Positions 23,836 to 36,300 of a DNA stretch of 64,000 nt are shown piece by piece. The DNA comes from Macrostomum hystrix (Eukaryota > Animalia > Platyhelminthes), in contig CATNEN010000026.1 in the NCBI GenBank assembly GCA_950097015.1, forward strand, positions 124,001 to 188,000. Reading direction: 5' to 3'. Position 1 is the first letter of the stretch, and the number at the start of each line of letters is the position of its first letter. The notes beneath the pieces were generated by a model. It had not been told where the DNA came from, made no database searches, and was given only the letters and a program-made list of their open reading frames with translations. The translations under genes were made by a program, and so were the position numbers.

Positions 23836-24082
23836 CTCCTGAGCACATATGACCTCAGATACCGAATGCAGGCACACACTTAAATATGGGTGTGTAACAT
23901 CTGCCCTGACTTTCTCATCGTCAGGCAGTGTACACTTTCACTGTGCCTTGGAGCCTGCAGGTCGACTCTCAGCGGCTTAAATTTCACCACAAGCCCCCAA
24001 GCCTTCTCTCCGCGGCTGCGGAATCGAGCTCAGGGACCTTGGATCGACAGGCAAACGTGTTGGCCGCTCTGCCACTCACCCC
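23836..24082 (-). mobile_element. tRNA-derived SINE family B, best-preserved copy
   Basis: Minus strand starts GGGGTGAGTGGCAGAGCGGCCAACACG...GGTCCCTGAGCTCGATTCCGCAGCC (A- and B-box-like); body shared with three other copies. Confidence 0.75.
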
Positions 24083-24368
24083 AATATTTTCTGAAGCGAG
24101 TTATAATTAAATTATTGCAGTGTTTTGTTTTTTATTGTTGTATGTAGAGTATTTCTAAAGATTTTGTCTTTAAGCTCACTTAAAATTTAGATTTGGAAAA
24201 TATAAATAGGCTAGGCCTAGGTTTCCTTAATGAGCCATTGTATATATTCAAATGTCTCTTTTGCTCAAATTTTCAGCCGATGCTCATTAGTTGCTAGGCT
24301 GAGCCGAAGTGATTGTACTCTGAAGCAAAGGCGGTCACGATTTCACCATACTGAGACGATCAATTACA

Positions 24369-27300
24369 ATGACCGGGGCTTCGCCTATCGATTCTGTCGG
24401 ACGGACCGCCAGTCTGCTGCTGTGCTTGGCCTGTCTGATGCTGACCTACCTGTCCGGCCCGGCACAATGTCAGGGTGAGTCATAATCGCAGTATGCAGTT
24501 GTTTTGTATCAAATTAGAGAACGATAATAGCTTTCTTAGATCATAGGCACGTTCATTCGAATGACTAAGATAACAAAAAATCGTTTCTTGAAGCAATTAT
24601 CTTTGTTCATAAATCTTATTGAATGGTTAGTATGTAATTGGTCTAGTTCAAATGGGCCTGTCTAGATTATTTTGTGGGCGAGTAAAAAAGTTATTTAACA
24701 CTTTCATCACATTGTTGCTCAAAGAATTTATGTCTTCAAAGGATGAGTAATTGGTTTCTTTGTCGTCAATTTCCGGATAACAATGAGCATTAAGATCACG
24801 TCTCGTGCTTTGGCTTTGTCAACAATTACAGTCCGCTAGATTTGACTAGATCTGCGTGAATAAATTTCTGTGAATGCTTGGGACACAATTAGAATGCAAG
24901 TTTGGAAGCTGAAGCCCGATTGGTAGAGAAAGAAAGGAACATAATATTTTAGTAACTTCGTTGGATTTCCAATTTTATGCTCAAATATAGATAAATCAAC
25001 TGTATTAAGTGTCTCGTACTGCGAAGCGGTTGTGACATTCCTTTAACAAATGAAGAATGAAAGAAGTGGTTTCTAAGGCTCTAAACTGAGCCAAATTAAA
25101 CAAAACACAGCGCACAAGCCCGCGCCTCAGCACACAACTTATCTATTTATAGAATCAACTTAAGTAGGGTGGTACAAAGAAAAGTACAGTACACCTCATA
25201 TCCTCTACCAGAAGATCGAAGCCGGACCACAATGAACCGCTAAATTAAATCGCAGAGCCACGTTAAATTCAAATAAAACTAACAGGCATGCGAAATCCGT
25301 AAAAATTTCGAGCGACCAGTCTAGTTAACAGTAAAAAGTATTTGTTTAAATGCAATACAATGCAACACAAGGTGGTCAAAGATTTGGGGGACATTGTCTA
25401 AATGCACTCTCAGTCGCGCGATTCTCCGATGAAGCCAGCATTGTTCGCGTAATTATGCGCAATCGGCGTATTCTGTCAGACAGTCGAAAAACCTCCGCCA
25501 GCTTCCGGCTGAAGCTGAAGTTACCGGCCAGCTTCACGCGTAGAGAAGGCCTCAGTGTGGCTCGCTGATGGAGCCACATGGTCCATGTCTCGGCGTTGTA
25601 GAAGAGTACCGTTTCCGCGACCATCTAGATTAATCGGGTCCTCAGCTATACTGGCAGGCCGTCGCCTGGGACAACGTCACGCTCTGAGCGGAAAGTCATG
25701 CAAGAGCTCTGCGTTAAAGTCACGACCTCCGTCTTTTTGGCGTTGATCTTCCTTCGCAGCGGCAGCAGCTAGACAGTCAAGTAGGCGTTGAGCACCAGCA
25801 GCGTTGGATGACGGCAGAGCACGGATACATACGCGAGCACACCCTCATAGGTGTGCATCTGTCCTGGCTTTCTCATCACGGTCAACACAATATCATTGTG
25901 CCTTGGAGTTGGCCCTCAAGGTTGTGTATTCAAGTCTAAATGTGGCCTCGCCGCGGATTCGAGCTCAGGGACATTGTTGGCGACAGTCGGATGCGTTGCG
26001 AATCTGGCACTTACTCCCTTTTGGATAATCAAGTGGCATTGAATGTTGGTACCCGATTCGTGTATATAAACATATTTTATTAAATCAAGAATATCTCCTA
26101 CCAATGACGACTGCTTGCAACAAAGTATCCTCGTAGTCTCTGATAATAGAACTAATCACGTCATGTTAAGTCTTCAGTATATTTAGAATAAATATTTAGT
26201 TAACTTTCCTGTTGCTTATTACACTTTTGTTTAGTTCTTTCCTCTTTTATTAGGCTTAATCACATTGCTGAATGAATGCCATAACTAACTGAAATGCCGT
26301 TGAAAGAACGGTTTGAGAAGTTGCACTGCTTATCTTGATCGGCAGATAAGCAGTGCAACCTTGAAATCTTGTATCTGTTACACCTTGAAATGGATACTTC
26401 AGTCATCGCTGCGGCCTTTAGGTTTGCTTAGATGTCGTCCCTCCATCGTTTTCTAGCTCGACTTCCTGCGAAAATATCCAGTAAACATTTCTTCAAGGTA
26501 TCGAATTTTATCACTTCTAACTATTTAAATATTTTCTGCTTCAAAGTGCACTTTGAAGTCTTGGCAACACTTTTTCTAAGAAGCATCAAATAACTCGACT
26601 GCGACAAGAGCGTGTAATGCGAACTCTGCGTTCCAGACTGTCCTATTGGTAGCTACGGCACCTACTGCAACTATTCTTGCTTGAACTGCTTCAACAGCGC
26701 AAATTGTTTAAGCTTTAAAAATGAAACCGGAGGTTGCTCAGACGGCATCTGCACCAAGGGCTACGGCCAGCCGCCTCTCTGTCAGACGCCATGTGGAGTT
26801 GGCGCCTTCTCAAACTACTTCGGTTTCAACTGCAGCTTTATGTGCCACTGCAACGGCAGTGTCGGCTGCGATCCAATCAGCGGCAACTGCAACAATGGCT
26901 GCGACTCAGCCTGGATTGGTCCTGGCTGTCAGACCCAGCTACCAGCAATGCGGCTGCCACCGAGTGTGACCTTGAACAATTGCGACGGTCTCACTGTGTC
27001 TTTCCGACGCTTCAACGCCAGCGTGGACGCGGGCTCCAGCTCGGTGGAATCCTACCGTCTGCAGTTTGATAACGGCACCAATGGGCTGATGTGGCTCACT
27101 GTGCAAGACTTTCTTCAGGTGGTATCCGATCCATACATCCTGACGATGCCGTATGCCTCACTGAATGCCAGTCTGTCTTATCAGTTCCGAGTGATGGCAA
27201 AGTTCCACGATCCGTTCTTCACCAACTTCTATGGACCGGCCTCTCCTGCGTCAGGCCCTGTGACACCAGTGTGCATTCGTAAGTGAACTTTGCGTTCATA

Positions 27301-30300
27301 CAGGATTAGTTAGTCGTTGACTTAAACTAGCTCAAATGACAAATTGAAGCCTAGATTTAGTCAGTCGCGAATGTTCTACTTTTACGAGTAATAATCAAAT
27401 ATAGGTACTTGCAAAATATGCTTGTTAGTTAAAGAAAAAAATTATTTCTTGAAAATAGTGGCAAGTGCAGCTCCGACGACTTTGGCGTCATTAACGACAA
27501 TAGCGACGACCACAGCAACAAAAACAACCACTACTAGTACAGCATCGCCATTTAGTAAGTGAAAGTCGCGGTTTGTCCTGATTTGCAGCTTTAATTTTCT
27601 TCCACTGTTGTTGCTGGTGATCGTGCAATTTATTATTGAACTTTTTAGCCTTTGTTTACTTGTAGACTTTGGTCTATTCTCTGTGTGCTGTTTTGATTTA
27701 AACATTTAATTTTGTTACAATCAAGATCCTAAGTAAATGTAGTTAATGCATTGTGAAACTACAAGTTGTAAATTAATTTAATTAGCATTTTTCCTAACAA
27801 TCTTTTGTGTGCTGTGCGTTTTTAATTTTTTTTAGATTTTTTAATTTATAAAATAAAATTATACTTGTAAGTGTTTCTTTTTTCCTTACTACTGATTACT
27901 TCTACATGCTAGCAAAATCTAAATTCCCTTTTGTCAGTTGCCTATCTTCTTTCCGAAATGCCCAACGTTGAGAGTGGCATTGTAGATTCTGCGCTCAAAG
28001 CAAATCCAGTTCATTTCAGCGATGAGTGTCTAAATCTAATAAATCATTAGAAATCTAACTTAAAATAACCATTTATAATGGCACATTTATTATATAATAA
28101 CGCTTTCAACTTAAAATCTAGCATTTTGTATTGGTGCTCTGCGATAAAAAACGAATATTAAAAAGTAAAACATGGTTGTGTAACAAGAGCAGGTCTAAGT
28201 TGACGCATTTTTTCATCAGTTTCATACTCGATAGGGTATGAAAAAAATCACGGAAATACATTATCAATATGAATTCGCAGGTACCTATGTACATACAAGC
28301 ATAGAATTTGTAACCGTTAATATGATGCGATGCAATATGCAACACTATTACTAAGTGCATCATTTAGTCTATGCATTGTTGTGTATCATTGGATCTCTTA
28401 CACCAGAATAGGAAATTCGTATCCAACGAAGAAAAAGTGCTGATTGCGCGATCAACTCACGTAGTTGAATTGAACACGAAGTAAAGCGAGAAATCCAGAT
28501 TTGTAACAAAGAATCTATAAATTAACTCGTCTAAAAATAAAAAAATTGGACAAGCTGTCTTCGGTTATTATTTCTGTATTAGTCTGCGGGACATGCAGAA
28601 GCGGCTACTGCGTTTCCTCAGGTGTAGATTTCATGCTGTTGTCACTGGTAGCTCTTGAGCATTGAGTAGGAGTTGCTGGAGTATGCTCATTGTGTTTTTC
28701 TGGCACGATTTGTCTATTGAAAGGTTCTTGTTCAGTAGATGTGGTAAGATTCTTGTACAGGCTCTCGAACGGTTCTCGTTCAATAGATGTAGTCAGATTC
28801 TTGTACAGGATCTCGAACGGTTCTCGTTCAATAGATGTAGTCAGATTCTTGTACAGGATCTCGAACGGTTCTCGTTCAATAGATGTAGTCAGATTCTTGT
28901 ACAGGATCTCGAACGGTTCTCGTTCAATAGATGTAGTCAGATTCTTGTACAGGATCTCGAACGGTTCTCGTTCAATAGATGTAGTCAGATTCTTGTACAG
29001 GATCTCGAACGGTTCTCGTTCAATAGATGTAGTCAGATTCTTGTACAGGATCTCGAACGGTTCTCGTTCAATAGATGTAGTCAGATTCTTGTACAGGATC
29101 TCGAACGGTTCTCGTTCAATAGATGTAGTCAGATTCTTGTACAGGATCTCGAACGGTTCTCGTTCAATAGATATAGTCAGATTCTTGTACAGGATCTCGA
29201 ACGGTTCTCGTTCAATAGATGTAGTCAGATTCTTGTACAGGATCTCGAACGGTTCTCGTTCAATAGATGTAGTCAGATTCTTGTACAGGATCTCGAACGG
29301 TTCTCGTTCAATAGATGTAGTCAGATTCTTGTACAGGATCTCGAACGGTTCTCGTTCAATAGATGTAGTCAGATTCTTGTACAGGATCTCGAACGGTTCT
29401 CGTTCAATAGATGTAGTTAGATTCTTGTACAGGATCTATAATGGTTCTCGTTCAGTCCATTAAGTTAGAATCTTGTACAGGCTATCGAAAGGTTCTCGTT
29501 CAGAAGATTTACTTAGATTCTTGTTGGGCTCTTCAACGACAATATCAAACTACATCATCACGACACCATACTTTAGACGCTCATAACTCTTATTTCACTG
29601 TTTCAGATTGTCCTACTGGAACGTTTGGCCCCTACTGCAACTACTCCTGCTCAAACTGCTACAACACTGCTCGCTGTTTGAGCTACAGAAATACCAGCGG
29701 AGGTTGCTCAGACGGCATCTGCACCAAGGGCTATGGCCAGCCGCCTCTCTGTCAGACGCCATGTGGAGTTGGCGCCTTCTCAAACTACTTCGGTTTCAAC
29801 TGCAGCTTTATGTGCCACTGCAACGGCAGTGTCGGCTGCGATCCAATCAGCGGCAACTGCAACAATGGCTGCGACTCAGCCTGGATTGGTCCTGGCTGTC
29901 AGACCCAGCTACCAGCAATGCGGCTGCCACCGAGTGTGACCTTGAACAATTGCGACGGTCTCACTGTGTCTTTCCGACGCTTCAACGCCAGCGTGGACGC
30001 GGGCTCCAGCTCGGTGGAATCCTACCGTCTGCAGTTTGATAACGGCACCAATGGGCTGATGTGGCTCACTGTGCAAGACTTTCTTCAGGTGGTATCCGAT
30101 CCATACATCCTGACGATGTCGTATGCCTCACTGAATGCCAGTCTGTCTTATCGGTTCCGAGTGATGGCAAAGTTCCAGGATCCGTTCTTCACCAACTTCT
30201 ATGGACCGGCCTCTCCTGCGTCAGGCCCTGTGACACCAGTGTGCATTCGTAAGTAGATATTATCTATAATTGATCGATTTTTGCTGCTGATAATGAGAGA

Positions 30301-33300
30301 TGCTACAAATAATGAATGTTTCATTGAAAAAAATTATAATGACAGACACAATATTAGTGTTGTCACCTGATTGGTTTTTTGTTAAGCTTTAATGGTGTCT
30401 CATCTCTTTGTTTACAAATTATGCTAGCCACCACAGCTCCGTCTGCTGCCACGCCTCCTCGTAAGTTGTAAAACAAAAATAAAATTTATAATAATCATCA
30501 GTGAAACACTCAGCTAGCTACTTTAAGTAATATGCATTGCGGGGTGTCGGTTTGCGCGCTAATTTAAACTGAATTATTGATGCTAACAGTTTTTCCTAGT
30601 CACAGCTTTTGAATGGGCTAATCCTCGCGCTTGTTGCTCCATTGTGTTTCCTTCTGCAATAATTCACCTGTATTCCTATAGATTTTACAAATATGGCAAT
30701 TTGGTGATTTACACTGTGTTGCTTGTCTAATAACAATTTTGTTCTAATTAGCCTAACCAGGGGCACAGCCGCAGGTACTGCACGGCGCATCTAAAGGCTT
30801 CTGTTAAAATTAGCTCAGAGAGGAACACAATTACTATCACAACAATGCGAAATAGAAATCACATATATCACGGTGCTGTTTTGTTGTTTCACAGTAATGT
30901 CAGGTGTATTTGTTTTACACTTTGTTTCATAGCCTAATAGGTATTACTTAACTATTTGTTAATATATTATAATTAATATGAATAGCTTTATTCTAAATCT
31001 TCTACCTTTAGTATGAGCCTAATATTAAATCGTCAGTTTAAGAGTAGAAATTCCACCCATGGGAAAGAACACGGGGATATTTCATATTTCACAAAGGCTC
31101 CCAAACCGAATGACCGATTTTCGTGAAAGTCCACCAGCTGAATCCAAGTTTTCCGCCCTTTACGAATAACTAACTTTCAAAGCCATACAGGCCAGCATCG
31201 TCGAGATATTCAGCTATCTTTGTCGAAGACCCTAGTGACAATAATAACTAACATTGCTTTGTATAAGCCTCTTTGGCTATCCATATTGGTTTACGCCCTC
31301 CGCAGGCATTCCGCCGATGGGAACCTACGCCATGGTCCCTGTGAACTCCGCCCTCCAGGCTACCTGGAACGCTAGCCATACGCCGACTCTGGTTGCTTAT
31401 AATATCACCGTGACTCCGCTGCGGACTGGCGACTGCGCTATCCTCACCGGCCCTATCACCAGCGTCCGGGTGCCGGTTGCTAACCAGACATATACCTACG
31501 ATGCTGGCGCCTTTTGGACTACTTACCAGGTGAGCTGGAGACTCATGGCACTTCCTACTCGGCGTTAAGGAAATTTCAGTTCCTTCAGGAGCCAAACCTT
31601 CAGGGGCCTCAGAAGACACATTTTCAATTCATTCAGGAGCCACAGCTTCAAATCCTTCAGTAGCCACAGCTTCAAATCCTTCAGAAGCCACAGCTTCAAA
31701 TCCTTCAGAAGCCACAGCTTCAAATCCTTCAGAAGCCACAGCTTGAAATCCTTCAGAAGCCACAGCTTCAAATCCTTCAGAAGCCACAGCTTCAAATCCT
31801 TCAGAAGCCACAGCTTCAAATCCTTCAGAAGCCACAGCTTCAAATCCTTCAGAAGCCACAGCTTCAAATCCTTCAGAAGCCACAGCTTGAAATCCTTCAG
31901 AAGCCACAGCTTCAAATCCTTCAGAAGCCACAGCTTCAAATCCTTCAGAAGCCACAGCTTCAAATCCTTCAGAAGCCACAGCTTCAAATCCTTCAGAAGC
32001 CACAGCTTCAAATCCTTCAGAAGCCACAGCTTCAAATTCTTCAGAAGCCACAGCTTCAAATCCTTCAGAAGCCACAGCTTCAAATCCTTCAGAAGCCACA
32101 GCTTCAAATTCTTCAGAAGCCACAGCTTCAAATCCTTCAGAAGCCACAGCTTCAAATCCTTCAGAAGCCACAGCTTCAAATCCTTCAGAAGCCACAGCTT
32201 CAAATCCTTCAGAAGCCACAGCTTCAAATCCTTCAGTAGCCACAGCTTCAAATCCTTCAGAAGCCACAGCTTCAAATCCTTCAGTAGCCACAGCTTCAAA
32301 TCCTTCAGTAGCCACAGCTTCAAATCCTTCAGAAGCCACAGCTTCAAATCCTTGAGAAGCACAGCTTCAAATCCTTCAGAAGCCACAGCTTCAAATCCTT
32401 CAGAAGCCACAGCTTCAAATCCTTCAGTAGCCACAGCTTCAAATCCTTCAGAAGCCACAGCTTCAAATCCTTCAGAAGCCACAGCTTCAAATCCTTCAGA
32501 AGCCACAGCTTCAAATCCTTCAGAAGCCACAGCTTCAAATCCTTCAGAAGCCACAGCTTCAAATCCTTCAGAAGCCACAACTTCAAATCCTTCAGAAGCC
32601 ACAGCTTCAAATCCTTCAGGAGCCACAGCTTCAAATCCTTCAGAAGCCACAGCTTCAAATCCTTCAGAAGCCACAACTTCAAATCCTTGAGAAGCCACAG
32701 CTTCAAATCCTTCAGAAGCCACAGCTTCAAATCCTTCAGAAGCCACAGCTTCAAATCCTTCAGAAGCCACAGCTTCAAATCCTTCAGAAGCCACAGCTTC
32801 AAATCCTTCAGAAGCCACAGCTTCAAATCCTTGAGAAGCCACAGCTTCAAATCCTTCAGAAGCCACAGCTTCAAATCCTTCAGGAGCCACAGCTTCAAAT
32901 CCTTCAGAAGCCACAGCTTCAAATCCTTCAGAAGCCACAGCTTCAAATCCTTGAGAAGCCACAGCTTCAAATCCTTGAGAAGCCACAGCTTCAAATCCTT
33001 CAGAAGCCACAGCTTCAAATCCTTCAGGAGCCACAGCTTCAAATCCTTCAGAAGCCACAGCTTCAAATCCTTCAGAAGCCACAGCTTCAAATCCTTCAGG
33101 AAGCCACAGCTTCAAATCCTTCAGAAGCCACAGCTTCAAATCCTTCAGAAGCCACAGCTTCAAATCCTTGAGAAGCCACAGCTTCAAATCCTTCAGAAGC
33201 CACAGCTTCAAATCCTTCAGAAGCCACAGCTTCAAATCCTTCAGAAGCCACAGCTTCAAATCCTTCAGAAGCCACAGCTTCAAATCCTTCAGAAGCCACA

Positions 33301-36300
33301 GCTTCAAATCCTTCAGTAGCCACAGCTTCAAATCCTTCAGAAGCCACAGCTTCAAATCCTTCAGAAGCCACAGCTTCAAATCCTTCAGAAGCCACAGCTT
33401 CAAATCCTTCAGAAGCCACAGCTTCAAATCCTTCAGAAGCCACAGCTTCAAATCCTTCAGAAGCCACAGCTTCAAATCCTTCAGAAGCCACAGCTTCAAA
33501 TCCTTCAGAAGCCACAGCTTCAAATCCTTCAGAAGCCACAGCTTCAAATCCTTCAGAAGCCACAACTTCAAATCCTTGAGAAGCCACAGCTTCAAATCCT
33601 TCAGAAGCCACAGCTTCAAATCCTTCAGAAGCCACAGCTTCAAATCCTTCAGAAGCCACAGCTTCAAATCCTTCAGAAGCCACAGCTTCAAATCCTTCAG
33701 AAGCCACAGCTTCAAATCCTTCAGAAGCCACAGCTTCAAATCCTTCAGAAGCCACAGCTTCAAATCCTTCAGGAAGCCACAGCTTCAAATCCTTCAGAAG
33801 CCACAGCTTCAAATCCTTCAGAAGCCACAGCTTCAAATCCTTGAGAAGCCACAGCTTCAAATCCTTCAGAAGCCACAGCTTCAAATCCTTCAGAAGCCAC
33901 AGCTTCAAATCCTTCAGAAGCCACAGCTTCAAATCCTTCAGAAGCCACAGCTTCAAATCCTTCAGAAGCCACAGCTTCAAATCCTTCAGAAGCCACAGCT
34001 TCAAATCCTTCAGAAGCCACAGCTTCAAATCCTTCAGAAGCACAGCTTCAAATCCTTCAGAAGCCACAGCTTCAAATCCTTGAGAAGCCACAGCTTCAAA
34101 TCCTTCAGAAGCCACAGCTTCAAATCCTTCAGAAGCCACAGCTTCAAATCCTTCAGAAGCCACAGCTTCAAATCCTTCAGAAGCCACAGCTTCAAATCCT
34201 TCAGAAGCCACAGCTTCAAATCCTTGAGAAGCACAGCTTCAAATCCTTCAGAAGCCACAGCTTCAAATCCTTGAGAAGCCACAGCTTCAAATCCTTCAGA
34301 AGCCACAGCTTCAAATCCTTCAGAAGCCACAGCTTCAAATCCTTCAGAAGCACAGCCTCAAATCCTTCAGAAGCCACAGCTTCAAATCCTTCAGAAGCAC
34401 AGCTTCAAATCCTTCAGAAGCCACAGCTTCAAATCCTTCAGAAGCCACAGCTTCAAATCCTTCAGAAGCCACAGCTTCAAATCCTTCAGAAGCCACAGCT
34501 TCAAATCCTTCAGAAGCACAGCTTCAAATCCTTCAGAAGCCACAACTTCAAATCTTTCAGAAGCCACAGCTTCAAATCCTTCAGTAGCCACAGCTTCAAA
34601 TCCTTCAGAAGCCACAGCTTCAAATCCTTCTGGTGCTATCACTTGAGATCCCAAGGAGCGAAAAATTCAGGTACTTTTCGCCGACCGGTGCAGGTCTTTA
34701 TATACTAACTTAATTCAACGCGAATCCTTAAGGCCGCTCGAGAACCTTATTTTGACAACCAATCAGGACTGAAATGAGTTTTTTCGTGCCCGCATCCGCA
34801 GGTGTCCGCATTCAGCATTGACAGTACTAACGAAGTCAGTCCCGTGGTTACAGCCACCTTAACCACAGCGGAGGCCAGACCATCCACACCTGTCACTATT
34901 AGCCTACTAGGCAAGGGCACCGATTCGCTGAATTTCACCTGGTCTCCGCCGGCTTGCAATCTGCGACTCGGCTCTATACGCGAATATCAGTACTTTGTGT
35001 ACCAGATATCCGGTGCGAACCGGTTGGAAATTACCAAGGGCCGGCCTACCGCTGTTCAGGTGGTGCCGCTGCTAGGCCTGATACCATTCACCAGCTATAA
35101 TATTAGCATTAGCTATATTAACTCAGTAGGCACTTCGCCTGATGCTGTGCTCAGCCTCACTACGGACGCTGCTCGTAAGTTTCTCCTTTGACAATGCGTT
35201 CTGTTAGTATAATAGTTTGCTGGAATTTTGTGTCTGTTCTGTGTGTGTGAACATCCTGCGATTAATAATAATAAATATACTTTATCAGCTTCCCTCATTC
35301 AGCTTCCCTCATCCAACTTCCCTCACCCAGCTTCCTTCATCCTGCTTCCCTCATCCAACTTCCCTGATCCAGCTTCCCTCATCCAGCTTTCCTCATCGAG
35401 CTTCCATCATCCAGCTTCCCTTATCCAGCTTACATCATCCAGCTTCCCTGATCTAGCTTCACTCACCCAGCTTTCCTCATCCGAATTCCCTCATCCAGCT
35501 TCTATCATCCAGCTTCCCTCATCCAGCTTCCATCATCCAGCTTCCCTGATCCAAATTCCCTCATCCAGCTTCCCTGATCCAGCTTCCCTCATCCAGCTTC
35601 CCTGATCCAGCTTCCCTCATCCAGCTTCCCTGATCCAGCTTCCCTCATCCAGCTTCCCTCATCCAGCTTCCATCATCAAGCTTCATTGATCCAGCTTCCC
35701 TCATCCAACTTCCATCATCCAGCTTCCCTCATCCAGCTTCCATCATCCAGCTTCCCTCATCCAGCTTCCCTCATCCAGCTTCCCTCATTCGTTCCTTCAT
35801 TCAGAGAACATTAAGCTTGACAAAAAAGACATTGAAATGAATTGACAAAAGTCTCTCGAATGCTTAAATTTCTACATTCGGAGCCGCAGCCTTTTCAGTA
35901 GTACAATTGTGTTTTTCTGTGGGTTAATGAAAGTTCTAAAAGTTTTATTTATATAATCGTTATTTTTATATTCAGTTATTAATTTTTTTATCTGGTTCGA
36001 TCCCAAGTACTAACCAATTAACAACTGCCTGTTTTGTACATTTTTATGAACCGTTCGGTTCGCTTAGCAATAACCAGCCCCGACCCCGTGTGTGTGACAT
36101 CTGCTTTATGCAATACTCGGTGAACAGACTATACTCGCTACTTGCAGCCACCACAACTCCGTTATCGACTTCAACTACAGCATCAACTACTACTACTACT
36201 ACTACTAGTACTACCACTACCACTACTACTACTACGAGTACAACTGCAACAACCCCAGCGTCAACAACTGTTTCTTCTACTACGAGTACTACTAGTCCGC

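Noticed and set aside
26320-26375. Helitron 3' terminus (hairpin plus CTRR)
   Set aside because: No CTRR at the expected distance and no matching TC 5' end; the LINE-relic context is a better fit.
31565-34708. Very long ORFs (up to 732 aa) on both strands
   Set aside because: Purely periodic translations of a 24-bp unit, present in several frames and broken by indels; they lie within an RPTP intron.
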